Virus record (IMG/VR): IMGVR_UViG_3300046170_000301
Source: a virus
Length of the DNA: 64,000 bases
Reading direction: 5' to 3' (one strand)
A model generated the notes under the pieces. That model was not told the origin of the DNA, did no database searches, and was given only the letters and a program-made list of their open reading frames with translations. This document shows positions 36,786 through 47,364 of the stretch, piece after piece (within the stretch, counting starts at the first letter, position 1; each line of letters starts with the position of its first letter). The translations under genes were made by a program, and so were the position numbers.

Positions 36786-38252
36786 TTACTTCCTTAAATC
36801 TATTTTTATTGTTTCATGTTTAAAGTTCTCTTCTTGATAAATTTTTATTCTTTCGTATAGATGTCTTAATGTATAATTTAATCTATTATCAGTAGAGATA
36901 TCATCAGCAATATCATAAAGAGTTGCTATATTTTTACCTTCTCCTTTTCTTAAAACTCTACCTATAGATTGTAGATTCCTTACTCTTGATTTTGATGGAG
37001 AAGCAAAGATAATGTTATGTAATTTTTTAATATTAATTCCAGTACTAAATGTTCCATAAGAAGCAATAATTACAGCATTATTTTCATTCTCAATAATACT
37101 TCTTACTTCTTCTCTTTCGTCTACATCTACAGAACCATGAACAAAAAATACTTTTCTCTCTTCACCTATGTCATTATTTATTAACTCATACAAAGGTTTG
37201 CCATGCTTTTCAACATAGTTAAACAACACAAGAGTATTACCATCAATGTCTTTTACAAGATTTTTTATTAAATTATTTCTTTTTTTATTTTGAACAATAT
37301 AATCTATTTCTGAATGATAATTTTCAAAATATTCGTAGTTATGTTTACCCAGAAGAATCTTAATTCTAAAATTTGATAGATAACCTTTTTTAATAAGGTC
37401 ATCTGTTTTAGTTACTTTTTCACAAGACCCAAATAAACCTTCAAGAACCCACTTATGAGTTTTACATCCATCAAGAGTTCCAGTAAAACCAAAACGATAC
37501 TTAGCATTATGAAGTTTAGTCATAATACCTGTTAATGATTTGGATTTAAATAGGTGTGCTTCATCACCGATAACACAGTCAATATCATCAAAGTATCTTT
37601 TTGGGAACTTGTAGATTGATTGCCAGGTTGAGATAATAACTGGTTTGTCTGTATTTTTATCTTTGCCCGAATATATGGTATGACAGTGCTGGTCGGAATC
37701 CCATCCATAATCTTTAAAATCTTTTAGCATTTGTTCAACAAGAGAAGTTGTAGGAACAATAATCAATATTTTATTTTTTGTAGCAACGTAGTATCTGACC
37801 AATGAATAAATCATTAGTGATTTACCAGACCCAGTTGGTGAGACAAATAAACCTCTATTATTTTTTAATGCTGTATATACAGTATTGTATTGATAATCTC
37901 TTGGTTGGTATTTACAAATATTATCCATGTAAACTTTTACACCACCAAGAGAAACCATTTGGTTCATCTCTTCTGGCATACCATACCAGTCATTGTTTTC
38001 ATACTCTAAAGAGTATCGTCTTTCCTGACACCACAACTTAAGATGATTAATTAGTCCTCCATATATTTCTCCAGTTCCTGGAGAATATAATCTAATAGAA
38101 CCATCCCAATACTTATAACGAGGATTTCTTTTTAAAAACTTTGCTTCTGGAACTTCAAAAGTAAAATAATCTGATAACTCATAATGGACATGAGGTTCAG
38201 CGTAAATTTTACAATAAACCTCATTCTTCTTTGATACAACAACCCGAGACAT
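36786..38252 (-). CDS. uvsW: RNA-DNA/DNA helicase UvsW
   Basis: SPTGSGKS, DEAH, TGT, QSIGR. Confidence 0.95.
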   Translation of the reverse strand: MSRVVVSKKNEVYCKIYAEPHVHYELSDYFTFEVPEAKFLKRNPRYKYWDGSIRLYSPGTGEIYGGLINHLKLWCQERRYSLEYENNDWYGMPEEMNQMVSLGGVKVYMDNICKYQPRDYQYNTVYTALKNNRGLFVSPTGSGKSLMIYSLVRYYVATKNKILIIVPTTSLVEQMLKDFKDYGWDSDQHCHTIYSGKDKNTDKPVIISTWQSIYKFPKRYFDDIDCVIGDEAHLFKSKSLTGIMTKLHNAKYRFGFTGTLDGCKTHKWVLEGLFGSCEKVTKTDDLIKKGYLSNFRIKILLGKHNYEYFENYHSEIDYIVQNKKRNNLIKNLVKDIDGNTLVLFNYVEKHGKPLYELINNDIGEERKVFFVHGSVDVDEREEVRSIIENENNAVIIASYGTFSTGINIKKLHNIIFASPSKSRVRNLQSIGRVLRKGEGKNIATLYDIADDISTDNRLNYTLRHLYERIKIYQEENFKHETIKIDLRK

Positions 38253-38728
38253 TAGACACTCCCATTAATAAACCGTTCCCACTCTATAGCGTTTCTTAAA
38301 TGATAATTTCTTTGAGAAATCATCTTCAATACGTGCTCAAGAAAATTTAATATTTGATTAACGTATTGAACTTTTGCTTCTAAATTAATGATGTCATCAT
38401 CTGATTCCAGATGAACTTTCATCATGTCATTTGTTTTTATTTTTTTACCAAAAGGTTTTTTGGCATACACTTCTCCAGGAGCTTCTCCAGCATAGTATTC
38501 TCTTTTTTCCCTTACCAGTTTTCTTAATTCAAATTCAAAAGATGTCTTGATTTGACTAATGTCTGTGTAATGGTTTAAATATTTATTGTGTTGAAACGGG
38601 ATGTCTAAAGAGATTTGAGCAAGGTCTGCTGTGTATTGTTTGTTTCTAAACTCAAAATCTATTTTAGAATCTTCGTCCCATTGGTTTCTTATTTTTGTAA
38701 ATAATAAACGAAGGTCTTCAAATTTCAT
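38252..38728 (-). CDS. uvsY: Recombination mediator UvsY
   Basis: IP..H.KYL, EYY.G, R.Y...NAIEW..F; synteny. Confidence 0.85.
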   Translation of the reverse strand: MKFEDLRLLFTKIRNQWDEDSKIDFEFRNKQYTADLAQISLDIPFQHNKYLNHYTDISQIKTSFEFELRKLVREKREYYAGEAPGEVYAKKPFGKKIKTNDMMKVHLESDDDIINLEAKVQYVNQILNFLEHVLKMISQRNYHLRNAIEWERFINGSV

Positions 38729-39234
38729 TCTTTAAAATTTTTATCACGAAACGTATACTTAGTATACTTGAAAACAACCTGTGCTGTAAAGTATTCTGGG
38801 TCTTCCACACCAGCGTCAAACTCTAGTGGTGTCAAAGAAATTGGAAAAATTCTTTCGTAATCAATGATGTGATTTGTATTAAAGTTTGAAGTTAAAATAT
38901 GTAATTGAGCATTTGAATATTGTTCTTCTACATCAGAATGCTCGTTTGCTACACCATTTTTTGTTATCCAATCATGAATAGATTTGTAGTTAATTAACTC
39001 TTCATCTACAAGAAAGGTTAGTGAAAGGTCATCATAAGAAACCCCACCACCAGGAATAATTGGATAGTTACGAAATCTTGTTGGAACTTCTGTTGATGGC
39101 ATATCAATGCCAGGAAGATTTGCTCTTTGACAAAAGAAATCTACACCACGAAAAAGTTCCAGTTCCAATTTAAACCCAACAGGAGTCAACAAGTTTCTAT
39201 TACTAAGTTGCTCTTTATACCATTCAGCAGTCAT
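38725..39234 (-). CDS. g3: Tail tube terminator / completion protein (gp3)
   Basis: N.L..VGFK, FFCQ.ANLPG, FLVDE.L.NY; synteny. Confidence 0.85.
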   Translation of the reverse strand: MTAEWYKEQLSNRNLLTPVGFKLELELFRGVDFFCQRANLPGIDMPSTEVPTRFRNYPIIPGGGVSYDDLSLTFLVDEELINYKSIHDWITKNGVANEHSDVEEQYSNAQLHILTSNFNTNHIIDYERIFPISLTPLEFDAGVEDPEYFTAQVVFKYTKYTFRDKNFKE

Positions 39235-39248
39235 GTCAACTTCCCAAG

Positions 39249-39386
39249 CTACTGGTATTTATCTTCCCCATACCAGAAGTCTTCCCAGTCCTCTTCACTA
39301 TCACTTTCATAAATTGGGCATGGCTCTTCAAACAACAATCTCATCTTGAGTTCCGTAACTCGCTCGTATAAGACGCTTAAATCCAT
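39249..39386 (-). CDS. Small acidic hypothetical protein (45 aa)
   Basis: MDLSVLYERVTELKMRLLFEEPCPIYESDSEEDWEDFWYGEDKYQ. Confidence 0.5.
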   Translation of the reverse strand: MDLSVLYERVTELKMRLLFEEPCPIYESDSEEDWEDFWYGEDKYQ

Positions 39387-39418
39387 TTTAATCTCAATAT
39401 ACCTAAAACTATATAGAC

Positions 39419-39444
39419 AAAAAAAGACCCCCTTGTAGGGGGTC
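39419..39444 (-). terminator. Rho-independent terminator after g23
   Basis: GACCCCC/GGGGGTC stem + T-tract. Confidence 0.85.
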
Positions 39445-39467
39445 CTAGACGCCTTAGAGGAGGTTGC

Positions 39468-40889
39468 TCACATAAGGTTGAGAACCTGGACTCTTCTGTA
39501 GTACATATTTGTTCCAGGAGTGAGGGTCTCATTATCTGGAGTTCCGCTGTAAAGACCGTTCGTTGTTACGAATGGGTTTGAAACCATGCCGTAGCGAGTC
39601 TTGAAACCAATCTTAGGTTGGAAGGTCTCAGGGTCGATAGAACGGAGCATCTGGAGAGGAACATATGGGCAGTAGAATACACCTGCGTCATATGGGGAAG
39701 TTCCCTTATAACCAGCAACATAATAGTGCTTGTCAGAAACGTTAGCAGAATATGGGTCAACGAAAACACGAATGCGACCGTTGATAGTTCCAACTGCTAG
39801 ATTTCCAGTGTCATCAACCTGACCGATTGAAGGACCACCAGCACCAGTTAGACCCGAAGAGTAATCAAGAACACCAGCCATCGCTAGAGCTGAAGCAACG
39901 TCAGCTGAGCAGATTAGGAAGTTGCCCTTTCCTCTACGAGTGTCTTGAGCAATGGCGTTACAGTCACGCTCAACTTGGAAGAGAAGACCTTTGAACTTCT
40001 CAACAGACCAACGACCGTTAGAGTCGATATCAAGGTCGAAGATGCCAGGATTAGCGACATTGTTCCGAGCACCAGGCTTAGCAATGGTGTATACTCTACG
40101 AACAACCTCACGGTTAATCTCAGCAAGAATCTCGCTTGAGAGAATATTTGCTAGCTCTTGCTCAGCATCAAGACCATGAATCGCCTTGAGGTCTTGAGCG
40201 AGTTCCAACGTGTACTCAGCACGTAGGGCTCTTGACTTAGCGGTTACCGAGGTCTTCTCGATGCTGAATGACATCTCACGGAAGAGATTGCCAGCTTCAC
40301 CCATCTTCTCAAGAGTCTCTCTGCTGGAACCTCTAGCAACCTCATAGGTTCCTTGAGGACTATCGTTAAGAAGAGCAGGGTTGTTGCCTTCTGAATCTCC
40401 ACCTACGCCAGCTCCAGTACGTGGGGTGTAATCACCGAGAGTATTAGAGCTACCAGCAGAGAATCCAGTATCAGGCTCGTTGAAGAGTGCCTCTTCGCCT
40501 TGCTGATCATCGTAGCGTGAACGCATAGCAAAGATAAGTCCATTAGGACCACTCATTGGCTGAACGCCACAAATGTCGTAAGCCATGAGGTTAGGCATGG
40601 AACGACGAACAAGGCTGATTAGAATTGGATCGAAACCAGCGAGTCCTGAAGCGTTGTTAGCAGCAGACGAAAGTGGAGCGCCTGAAGAACCAGCAAGTCC
40701 ACCAGAACCAGAAAGGCTGTTGATGGGTGTGGTCTCGTTAAGAATTGCTCTTTCTTCACGAAGAGCTTTTTCTTGGTTTTCCAAGAGAACAGCGGTTACA
40801 GCCTGTCTATACTTATCCTGAATCTCAGGAGCTTCTGAATGAGATAGAACAGGGGACCACTTCTCTTGGAGATGCTTAGCATTAAACAT
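39468..40889 (-). CDS. g23: Major capsid protein (gp23)
   Basis: GVQPMSGP, ELAQDLKAIHGLDAE, YCPYVPL, GFKTRYG; ATAAATA at 40927-40933. Confidence 0.98.
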   Translation of the reverse strand: MFNAKHLQEKWSPVLSHSEAPEIQDKYRQAVTAVLLENQEKALREERAILNETTPINSLSGSGGLAGSSGAPLSSAANNASGLAGFDPILISLVRRSMPNLMAYDICGVQPMSGPNGLIFAMRSRYDDQQGEEALFNEPDTGFSAGSSNTLGDYTPRTGAGVGGDSEGNNPALLNDSPQGTYEVARGSSRETLEKMGEAGNLFREMSFSIEKTSVTAKSRALRAEYTLELAQDLKAIHGLDAEQELANILSSEILAEINREVVRRVYTIAKPGARNNVANPGIFDLDIDSNGRWSVEKFKGLLFQVERDCNAIAQDTRRGKGNFLICSADVASALAMAGVLDYSSGLTGAGGPSIGQVDDTGNLAVGTINGRIRVFVDPYSANVSDKHYYVAGYKGTSPYDAGVFYCPYVPLQMLRSIDPETFQPKIGFKTRYGMVSNPFVTTNGLYSGTPDNETLTPGTNMYYRRVQVLNLM

Positions 40890-40938
40890 TTGTATCTCCT
40901 TTAAAGAAAAGTTAAGGTATTGTTAATATTTATGTGAT

Positions 40939-42081
40939 TCACTTCCAGCGTGAAATAGCATTAAGATAAGCTGCCATTGCTGGCGACATCTCTTGGTCTT
41001 CTACTGGAGTTTCATCACTTACTTCATTTTTGGTTACAGAACTTGGGAAGTATGACTCTCTTAGAGTCTTGACTTTTTCAGCAAATTTCTCTGCTGATTC
41101 AAATTCAACTCCCTCAGCTAACGAAGCAAGTTTGTCCTTTTGAGTGTCAGCAAGTCCTTCTGAAATTTGATTCAGAATAACTTCTTTGCTGCTCTCATTA
41201 AGACGAGAATTTAATTCAACGTTACGCTCAATTTGCTCATTGAGGCGTGCTTCCATCTCACAAAGTTGTTCAGACATTTCTTCGACAATATCTGTTTTCT
41301 CTTCTGGAATATTAATCCAGTGCTCTTTACAGAGACTCATGAAACCAGCAATGAAATCTTCAGTGATTTCATTTCTGATTGAACGGTCAACGCTTACTTG
41401 ATTGTCTTCTACCCACTTGTTAACAACATAGTTGATAGTGCCATTGACTTCTTCGGAAATCTCTTTTTTCATTTCTTCGATTTCCTTTTGAAGACGCTCT
41501 TCAAACTGCTCTTGGAGCTTAACAGCTTCTTCGTTAAGTTTTGACTTAACAGCGGCTTCAAAGATTGTCTTCGCTTTTTCTTTAAACTCTTCTGAAAGGT
41601 CTTCGCCTTCAGTAAGAGCAGCAACATCCGAAGAAAGGTCAAGTTCTTCGTATGAAGGCTTAATTGGATAAGTTACATCTGGACCTTCAGAAGTTCCATA
41701 AGCAACTTGAGAACCAATAGTTGGGGTAGCATTCATGCCAGTTGATTCTCCTGCTCTTTGTTGCGGATCACCAGAAACTGGTGTAACTGGAGCAGCAGCT
41801 TTAGCACCAGGATTATCCTCACCTTCATCGTTACCATCTGGTCTAGGACCACCGAGGTCAGTCCCTTGAGTTTGTTGGTAAGGAGCGACAGCTTGAGTAG
41901 TAACTTTAGGTTGGGGATCTTGGGAACCACCTCTGGTTTGGGCATCATTAACCTTGCCAGGAGCAGAACCTTGACCACCAGGAATTACAGCAGCAGTAAC
42001 TGTAGGCATTGGATCACCTTCTACGACTAATTTGCTTTCAGTTACAAACTCCTCAAACTTTTCGTTAAGCATATCTGACAT
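40939..42081 (-). CDS. g22: Prohead core scaffold (gp22)
   Basis: LSEEFKEKAKTIFEAAV, LRESYF; synteny. Confidence 0.92.
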   Translation of the reverse strand: MSDMLNEKFEEFVTESKLVVEGDPMPTVTAAVIPGGQGSAPGKVNDAQTRGGSQDPQPKVTTQAVAPYQQTQGTDLGGPRPDGNDEGEDNPGAKAAAPVTPVSGDPQQRAGESTGMNATPTIGSQVAYGTSEGPDVTYPIKPSYEELDLSSDVAALTEGEDLSEEFKEKAKTIFEAAVKSKLNEEAVKLQEQFEERLQKEIEEMKKEISEEVNGTINYVVNKWVEDNQVSVDRSIRNEITEDFIAGFMSLCKEHWINIPEEKTDIVEEMSEQLCEMEARLNEQIERNVELNSRLNESSKEVILNQISEGLADTQKDKLASLAEGVEFESAEKFAEKVKTLRESYFPSSVTKNEVSDETPVEDQEMSPAMAAYLNAISRWK

Positions 42082-42130
42082 TTGAGTTTCCCCGTGTTTC
42101 TGATAATTATTTCTATGATTATTTATTAAA

Positions 42131-42775
42131 TTAAAGATTTGAGAGAAATGACTTAAACACTTCTAACTTTCTTTCTTCCAATGCTATTTTTGTGGAGTTA
42201 TCAATATATCTTTTTGCGTATTCAATATGACACTCTTTCAAAATACCATTTTCCCAAACCCACTCTTTACCTTCCATAATGCCATTTACAAAGGCATCTG
42301 GAGCAGAAGGGTCAGCGACAATATCTGCCGCTGTGGAAAGCATGAAGTCATCTCTAACATACTTAGCACCTTCACGCTCTTCAAGTGAACCCATTCCTCT
42401 GGAAGAAACTCCAAGTTGAACACCTTCTTCTAAAAGTGACTTGGCAATTTTCCCCATCGGAGTATCAAGAACTCTTGCTTTACCCATGAAATTATTTCCA
42501 TCGGCGTAAAGTTCTGTGATTTTATGTGACACTCTATCGAGATTTACGGAAGGTCCATCTGGGTGGCCGAGTTCACCAAGAGCACGACCACTCTTTACAT
42601 ATTGCTCTACGTATCTTTCTACTTCACGGTTTAAAACACCGAATGGATAGATTCTTCCATTTCTGTTTTTTGTTTCCGATTGTAAAAAGATACCTTCGAT
42701 ATAGAGATTCTTCTTACCTCCTTTTTCTTCTACAAGAACTTTAACGTTCTCGATATTTTCTGTGATTAATTTCAT
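42131..42775 (-). CDS. g21: Prohead protease (gp21)
   Basis: NRNGRIY, GELGHP, GVSSRGMGS, DPSAPDA. Confidence 0.96.
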   Translation of the reverse strand: MKLITENIENVKVLVEEKGGKKNLYIEGIFLQSETKNRNGRIYPFGVLNREVERYVEQYVKSGRALGELGHPDGPSVNLDRVSHKITELYADGNNFMGKARVLDTPMGKIAKSLLEEGVQLGVSSRGMGSLEEREGAKYVRDDFMLSTAADIVADPSAPDAFVNGIMEGKEWVWENGILKECHIEYAKRYIDNSTKIALEERKLEVFKSFLSNL

Positions 42776-42957
42776 TCTTCTGATTGTTGACTTACTGGTT
42801 CGTCAAAAAAAGTAGAAGCAACTACTTTTTTATAATCATCTAATGTTTTTGCTGCTTGTGAATAAAGCATATCATCAATGATATCAATCGCTTCCGCTCT
42901 TTTTTTGTCGTAAAGCAAGTTAACAACATCTAGAGCTTCGGGTTCTTTTTTATCCAT
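42772..42957 (-). CDS. Small prohead core protein (gp67/68 position)
   Basis: 61 aa between g20 and g21. Confidence 0.6.
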   Translation of the reverse strand: MDKKEPEALDVVNLLYDKKRAEAIDIIDDMLYSQAAKTLDDYKKVVASTFFDEPVSQQSEE

Positions 42958-42976
42958 ATTAAGACCTATTTTTTAA

Positions 42977-44644
42977 TTATTTATTATTATTTGATGGTTT
43001 TGGTTGTTGAGACTGTATTTTTAATTGTCTTTCCATATCATCTTCCGCTTTGGCAGTTTCAATTTCTGGTGTCATAGCATCATTTTGACGGTCCATAGTA
43101 TCAAATGTTGTAGTATCAACTGGGTCCATAGTGAGACCAGCATCAATCTCTTTCTTCATTTGTCTACTAAGTTCCTTATATTCTTTCTCGGTCTGCATCA
43201 GAACTTCTTTTCTTACATACTCAACAGAGAAATACTTACCAACAAATGGGTCCATCTGTAGCATGATGTTAGTTCTTTCTCTCATCATCTCAATTTTTTT
43301 AAGTTCGTTGAAATGATTATCAAACAAAAAGTCATATTGAATATGCTCTTCCATATCATCCCAATCCTCTGGGGCAATAATACCTTTGAGGATTAGTTGT
43401 GTTTTTAGAATATCATTGAATAGTTCTGAAAATCTTTTTCTAAGACGACCAATAAATTTAGAAAACTTGAGTTCATCTCTTAGAACTTCTGTTGTCTTAC
43501 CAAGATTAAATCCTTTGTTATCGTCAGTAAGACGTGAAGGTGGTAGATTAAGTGAGTTGTAAAGTTTCTTTTTAAAATACTCAACGTCTTTTAGTTCACC
43601 GAGATTCTGCCCACCAGGAAGTGTGGTGATTTCAGTTCCTCTACCACCTTCTCTACGTGGCAACCAAAAATCTTCAAGCATACTCATATGCTTTTTGTCA
43701 TCACGAATCTCTCCAGTTTGCCCATCATAAACCAGTTTATTTCTATACCTGTTCATGACTTCACGAAGGTATTGTTCTGCTTTTACCTTAGGAAGATTAC
43801 CAACGTCGATGTAAAAAATTCTTCTTTCTGGAGCACGAGATAGTCTGTAAATAACAAGACTATCCTCAATCATTCTGAGTTGATTTAGTGCTTTGATTCC
43901 TTTGTGAAGGAAACTAATAACCATTTTCTTATTCAAATCCATCAATCCAGAATGAGCAGAAGCAATAGAATCCGCTGATATCTTTACTCCTTGTGCTGTA
44001 GAGAAATCAAAAGTAGTAGTGTTAGAAAACTTACTTGCAAATCCTTTTGGATTATAAATGTAATACTCTACGTAATCTCCCCAGTCATATTCAAGAGCAG
44101 TTCCTTTAATCGCTTCTGGTGGATTATCGTTATTCTTTTTAATTTGCTGTCTGACCTTTCTTAGTTTCAGTGGGTCAATATAGCGTAATTCTAAAATTCC
44201 TTTTTTGGGATTATCTAAATCTACTACTTTATGATAATATGTTCTTCCGTCAATATACCAACTACGAATAATTTCGTGTGATCTTTTGTCAAAGTTTAAA
44301 AGTTTTTTAATGTGCTCAAACTCTTGTCTAATTTTGGTTTTAATATTATTTCCGATATCTAAATTAGAAAGTTCAATATCAACTGGAGAATCGTTGGCAT
44401 CTGAAACTACAAACTCATTAACAATCTCATCTACAGCACTATCACACTCTGGGTGTAATGCCATATCACGATATCGTTTAATAAGTTCGTATTCGTTACG
44501 ATTGTTTCCACCATCAACATCTACATAAGTACCAAAATAGCCACCAGCAACGGTGGCTACACTATCATGTTCATTAGGGGGGACAGGAGACTGCCCCTTA
44601 AGTTCCCCCCTCTTGTTTATCATAAAACCAAACAGTTGACTCAT
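42977..44644 (-). CDS. g20: Portal protein (gp20)
   Basis: RAPERRIFYIDVGNLP, EDFWLPRREGGRGTEI. Confidence 0.98.
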   Translation of the reverse strand: MSQLFGFMINKRGELKGQSPVPPNEHDSVATVAGGYFGTYVDVDGGNNRNEYELIKRYRDMALHPECDSAVDEIVNEFVVSDANDSPVDIELSNLDIGNNIKTKIRQEFEHIKKLLNFDKRSHEIIRSWYIDGRTYYHKVVDLDNPKKGILELRYIDPLKLRKVRQQIKKNNDNPPEAIKGTALEYDWGDYVEYYIYNPKGFASKFSNTTTFDFSTAQGVKISADSIASAHSGLMDLNKKMVISFLHKGIKALNQLRMIEDSLVIYRLSRAPERRIFYIDVGNLPKVKAEQYLREVMNRYRNKLVYDGQTGEIRDDKKHMSMLEDFWLPRREGGRGTEITTLPGGQNLGELKDVEYFKKKLYNSLNLPPSRLTDDNKGFNLGKTTEVLRDELKFSKFIGRLRKRFSELFNDILKTQLILKGIIAPEDWDDMEEHIQYDFLFDNHFNELKKIEMMRERTNIMLQMDPFVGKYFSVEYVRKEVLMQTEKEYKELSRQMKKEIDAGLTMDPVDTTTFDTMDRQNDAMTPEIETAKAEDDMERQLKIQSQQPKPSNNNK

Positions 44645-44686
44645 TGTTATAACTAAGAGTATTTACTATACTCTATTTATCAAGCG

Positions 44687-45319
44687 TCAAACGTCGGCGT
44701 TAATCTCTCTTGAAGTTAGTCCGTTTCTACGGTTTGCTACTGGTTCAGTTGTCCAATATGAATACTGAAACTCAACCGAGAACTCTTCAATCTGGTCATT
44801 GCTATCATAAGAAAGGTCAATCTGTGATACGTTTGTTGGGAAAGCGTACCAAAGCTTATATGTTCTTAGAATGTTAGAGTTGGTTGGTTCAGTATTCTTC
44901 TCAAGTTGATGAACAAGAATATCAGCAGTGTAACCAGCACTGTTATCTGGAGTGATAAGGTCTGCTGTATTACCAGCATGACCGTTGATAGCTTCAGACC
45001 ATTGCTCAAATAGAGCACGAATCTTAAAGTCCTTATCGTTGATAAAGGTTGGTGACCAATTATCAAACGTTCTATCTCCAGCAATTTTTACCGTTCTTCC
45101 ACGGAAAGGAACTTCGATTACTCCAGTGCTTGAAGCAGGAAGTGCCGCTGATTTACAAAGTAAGTTTGTAATATTCTTTTCATCTTGAGATACAGCAGAT
45201 AGTGATTCTGCTCCAACTCCGCTTTGTGGAAATACGATTTCCACTTCAAACATATTAGGCTTAACGCCTTGACCTACGTTTGATAAAAATTCGCTGATTT
45301 TACTTGAAAGTGGTGCCAT
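44687..45319 (-). CDS. g19: Tail tube protein (gp19)
   Basis: KPNMFEV, VPFRGR.VK.AGDRTF, IEEF.V.FQY. Confidence 0.95.
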   Translation of the reverse strand: MAPLSSKISEFLSNVGQGVKPNMFEVEIVFPQSGVGAESLSAVSQDEKNITNLLCKSAALPASSTGVIEVPFRGRTVKIAGDRTFDNWSPTFINDKDFKIRALFEQWSEAINGHAGNTADLITPDNSAGYTADILVHQLEKNTEPTNSNILRTYKLWYAFPTNVSQIDLSYDSNDQIEEFSVEFQYSYWTTEPVANRRNGLTSREINADV

Positions 45320-45351
45320 TTGTGTTTACCTCTAATAGTTTGTGATAAAAA

Positions 45352-47316
45352 TTATCTGCCTACAACTTCACTGAAAGAAACTCCAGTCTTAGTAGCAGTA
45401 AACGTAATGGTTACATAGTTGATAGAACGAGTTGGTTTGATATAAAGTTCAGCAACAAACTCGTTACGATCAATTACTTCTGGAGTGTTATTTGATTCAT
45501 CACAAACAACAAGATAATCTATAACTCCTCTTCTTGCTTGAATCTCATTGAGATAGGAGTTAACAGCAGATGAGAAACTTGACCTTGTAGTTACATCGTT
45601 AAGTTCAAATAGAACTTGCTTACCAAGTTCTCCAACTCTCTTCTCGACATTAAGGAACAGACGACGAACATTAATTCTATCGAAAGCACTTGGAGAAGCA
45701 AGAGCAGTTTTATCACCGAAGAGGGTTACACCTGAACCAGGGAAAGAAACAATAGGATTGATTCTTAACTGATAAAGCTCATCTCTATCTGCTTTATTTG
45801 GATTGAAAGCGAGTCTAATAGCGTTTCTTAGAGAACCTCTATTAAGACCAGCTGGGGAATACCAGTCATCTAGAGTAGCAGAAGTTGCTACACAGAGACC
45901 TGCAACATCACCGTTGCAAGCAAGATAGCGGTACTTATCGTTAAAACGATCATAGAAGTACTTATATCCACTATCGAATACAGCATATGAGGTAGAAGTT
46001 AGACCATTAAAGAAGTTAATGGTATTTTCTTTTTGTTGTGTTGCACTTAGAGCACCATTAGTTCCGATTTGATTACCTTTGTGAGGAGAAACAAAAGCAA
46101 CACAATCTTTTCTTGAAACAGCAATAGAGATAACCTTAGAAGCTTTTGCTTTGGTTTCTGTTTCTAGTGCCATTGAACCACCCATGAGCACAAAATCAAC
46201 TTCCGTTTCTTCTGTGTCTAGGAATAGGTCATAAGCATCACCGACTTCAGCATTAGTGTAATCATAATTGTCTGCTCCATTGCTCAAGTCGTTTTCAGAA
46301 CTTGCTGAAAGAGCAAACATTGAACCAGACATGAAGGTGGAATCATACCCCCAATCAATTCCAGAACCAGCAGTGCTTGGGTCTACTCCAGCAGTTGGAT
46401 GTTGACCAGTAAAGACATAATTCGATTGCTCGTTAACAATCGTTCTGTAATAGGTGTTAGCACCTTCTCCACTCTTACCATCAGTCAACTTAGAAAGGTA
46501 AGTTAATCTTTCTATAATTGTGTTTGGAGCACCAGATTCTGCTCCAGTTGTATCGATAACAGCAATATGAATCTCATCATATTTGATGTTATTTGATTCG
46601 GCAAACTGAGAAGTTCCAGGACGAGGACCAATAGCAGAAAGCTTTAGACCAGTTGAACCAATCTCGGTATTTGTATACCAATCTTTTACAGAAGAAATGG
46701 CAACATCAGTAGCACCATCCTCAAGAGTATCTGAACTCGTGATTAGAGTTGTTGGGTCATCAAGAACAACAACCAATTTTTTTGAAGTTCCGTCGTAAGA
46801 AACTACAACAGCATCTTTTGTTTCAGAACCAACATTAAATGTTACTGAACCACCATCAGTTGGAGTTGTTACTGGGTCAGAAGCAAGCGTAATGATTTGG
46901 TCAGCGCCTCTATCTACTACAACTACTTTTAGTCCATTTGCCCATGTTCCAGCGGTACGAGCAACAAAAGTTTCTGAAGTTCCTGCTCCAGATTCCCATG
47001 CTATATCATTAGGAACTAAAACTCCAGAACCAGTAGAAGCGTTTAAAGAACCAGCAGTAGAAGCACGAACTATAGCTAATCTTCCACCGTATGATAGAAA
47101 CTCCGATGCTACATACCAATCTTTGGCATTACTATCTGTTGGTCTTCCGAATACATCAACCAAATCTTTTTGGGAATTGATGTTTACGATTTCTCCAATA
47201 GGACCTTTTTTAAAGGTTGAGGCAAAAGCGCCAGTGATTTGCTGTGCGCCTACAATAACAGTATTAGATAGATCACGCTCCTTTAATACAATTCCAGGTG
47301 ATACCTGACTTGCCAT
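45352..47316 (-). CDS. g18: Tail sheath protein (gp18)
   Basis: SPGIVLKERD, W.SPAG..RG, FDRINVRRLF. Confidence 0.97.
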   Translation of the reverse strand: MASQVSPGIVLKERDLSNTVIVGAQQITGAFASTFKKGPIGEIVNINSQKDLVDVFGRPTDSNAKDWYVASEFLSYGGRLAIVRASTAGSLNASTGSGVLVPNDIAWESGAGTSETFVARTAGTWANGLKVVVVDRGADQIITLASDPVTTPTDGGSVTFNVGSETKDAVVVSYDGTSKKLVVVLDDPTTLITSSDTLEDGATDVAISSVKDWYTNTEIGSTGLKLSAIGPRPGTSQFAESNNIKYDEIHIAVIDTTGAESGAPNTIIERLTYLSKLTDGKSGEGANTYYRTIVNEQSNYVFTGQHPTAGVDPSTAGSGIDWGYDSTFMSGSMFALSASSENDLSNGADNYDYTNAEVGDAYDLFLDTEETEVDFVLMGGSMALETETKAKASKVISIAVSRKDCVAFVSPHKGNQIGTNGALSATQQKENTINFFNGLTSTSYAVFDSGYKYFYDRFNDKYRYLACNGDVAGLCVATSATLDDWYSPAGLNRGSLRNAIRLAFNPNKADRDELYQLRINPIVSFPGSGVTLFGDKTALASPSAFDRINVRRLFLNVEKRVGELGKQVLFELNDVTTRSSFSSAVNSYLNEIQARRGVIDYLVVCDESNNTPEVIDRNEFVAELYIKPTRSINYVTITFTATKTGVSFSEVVGR

Positions 47317-47364
47317 TTTTTTCTCCTCTAGATATCCAAGTTAATCTAAAAATATTTATTAAAA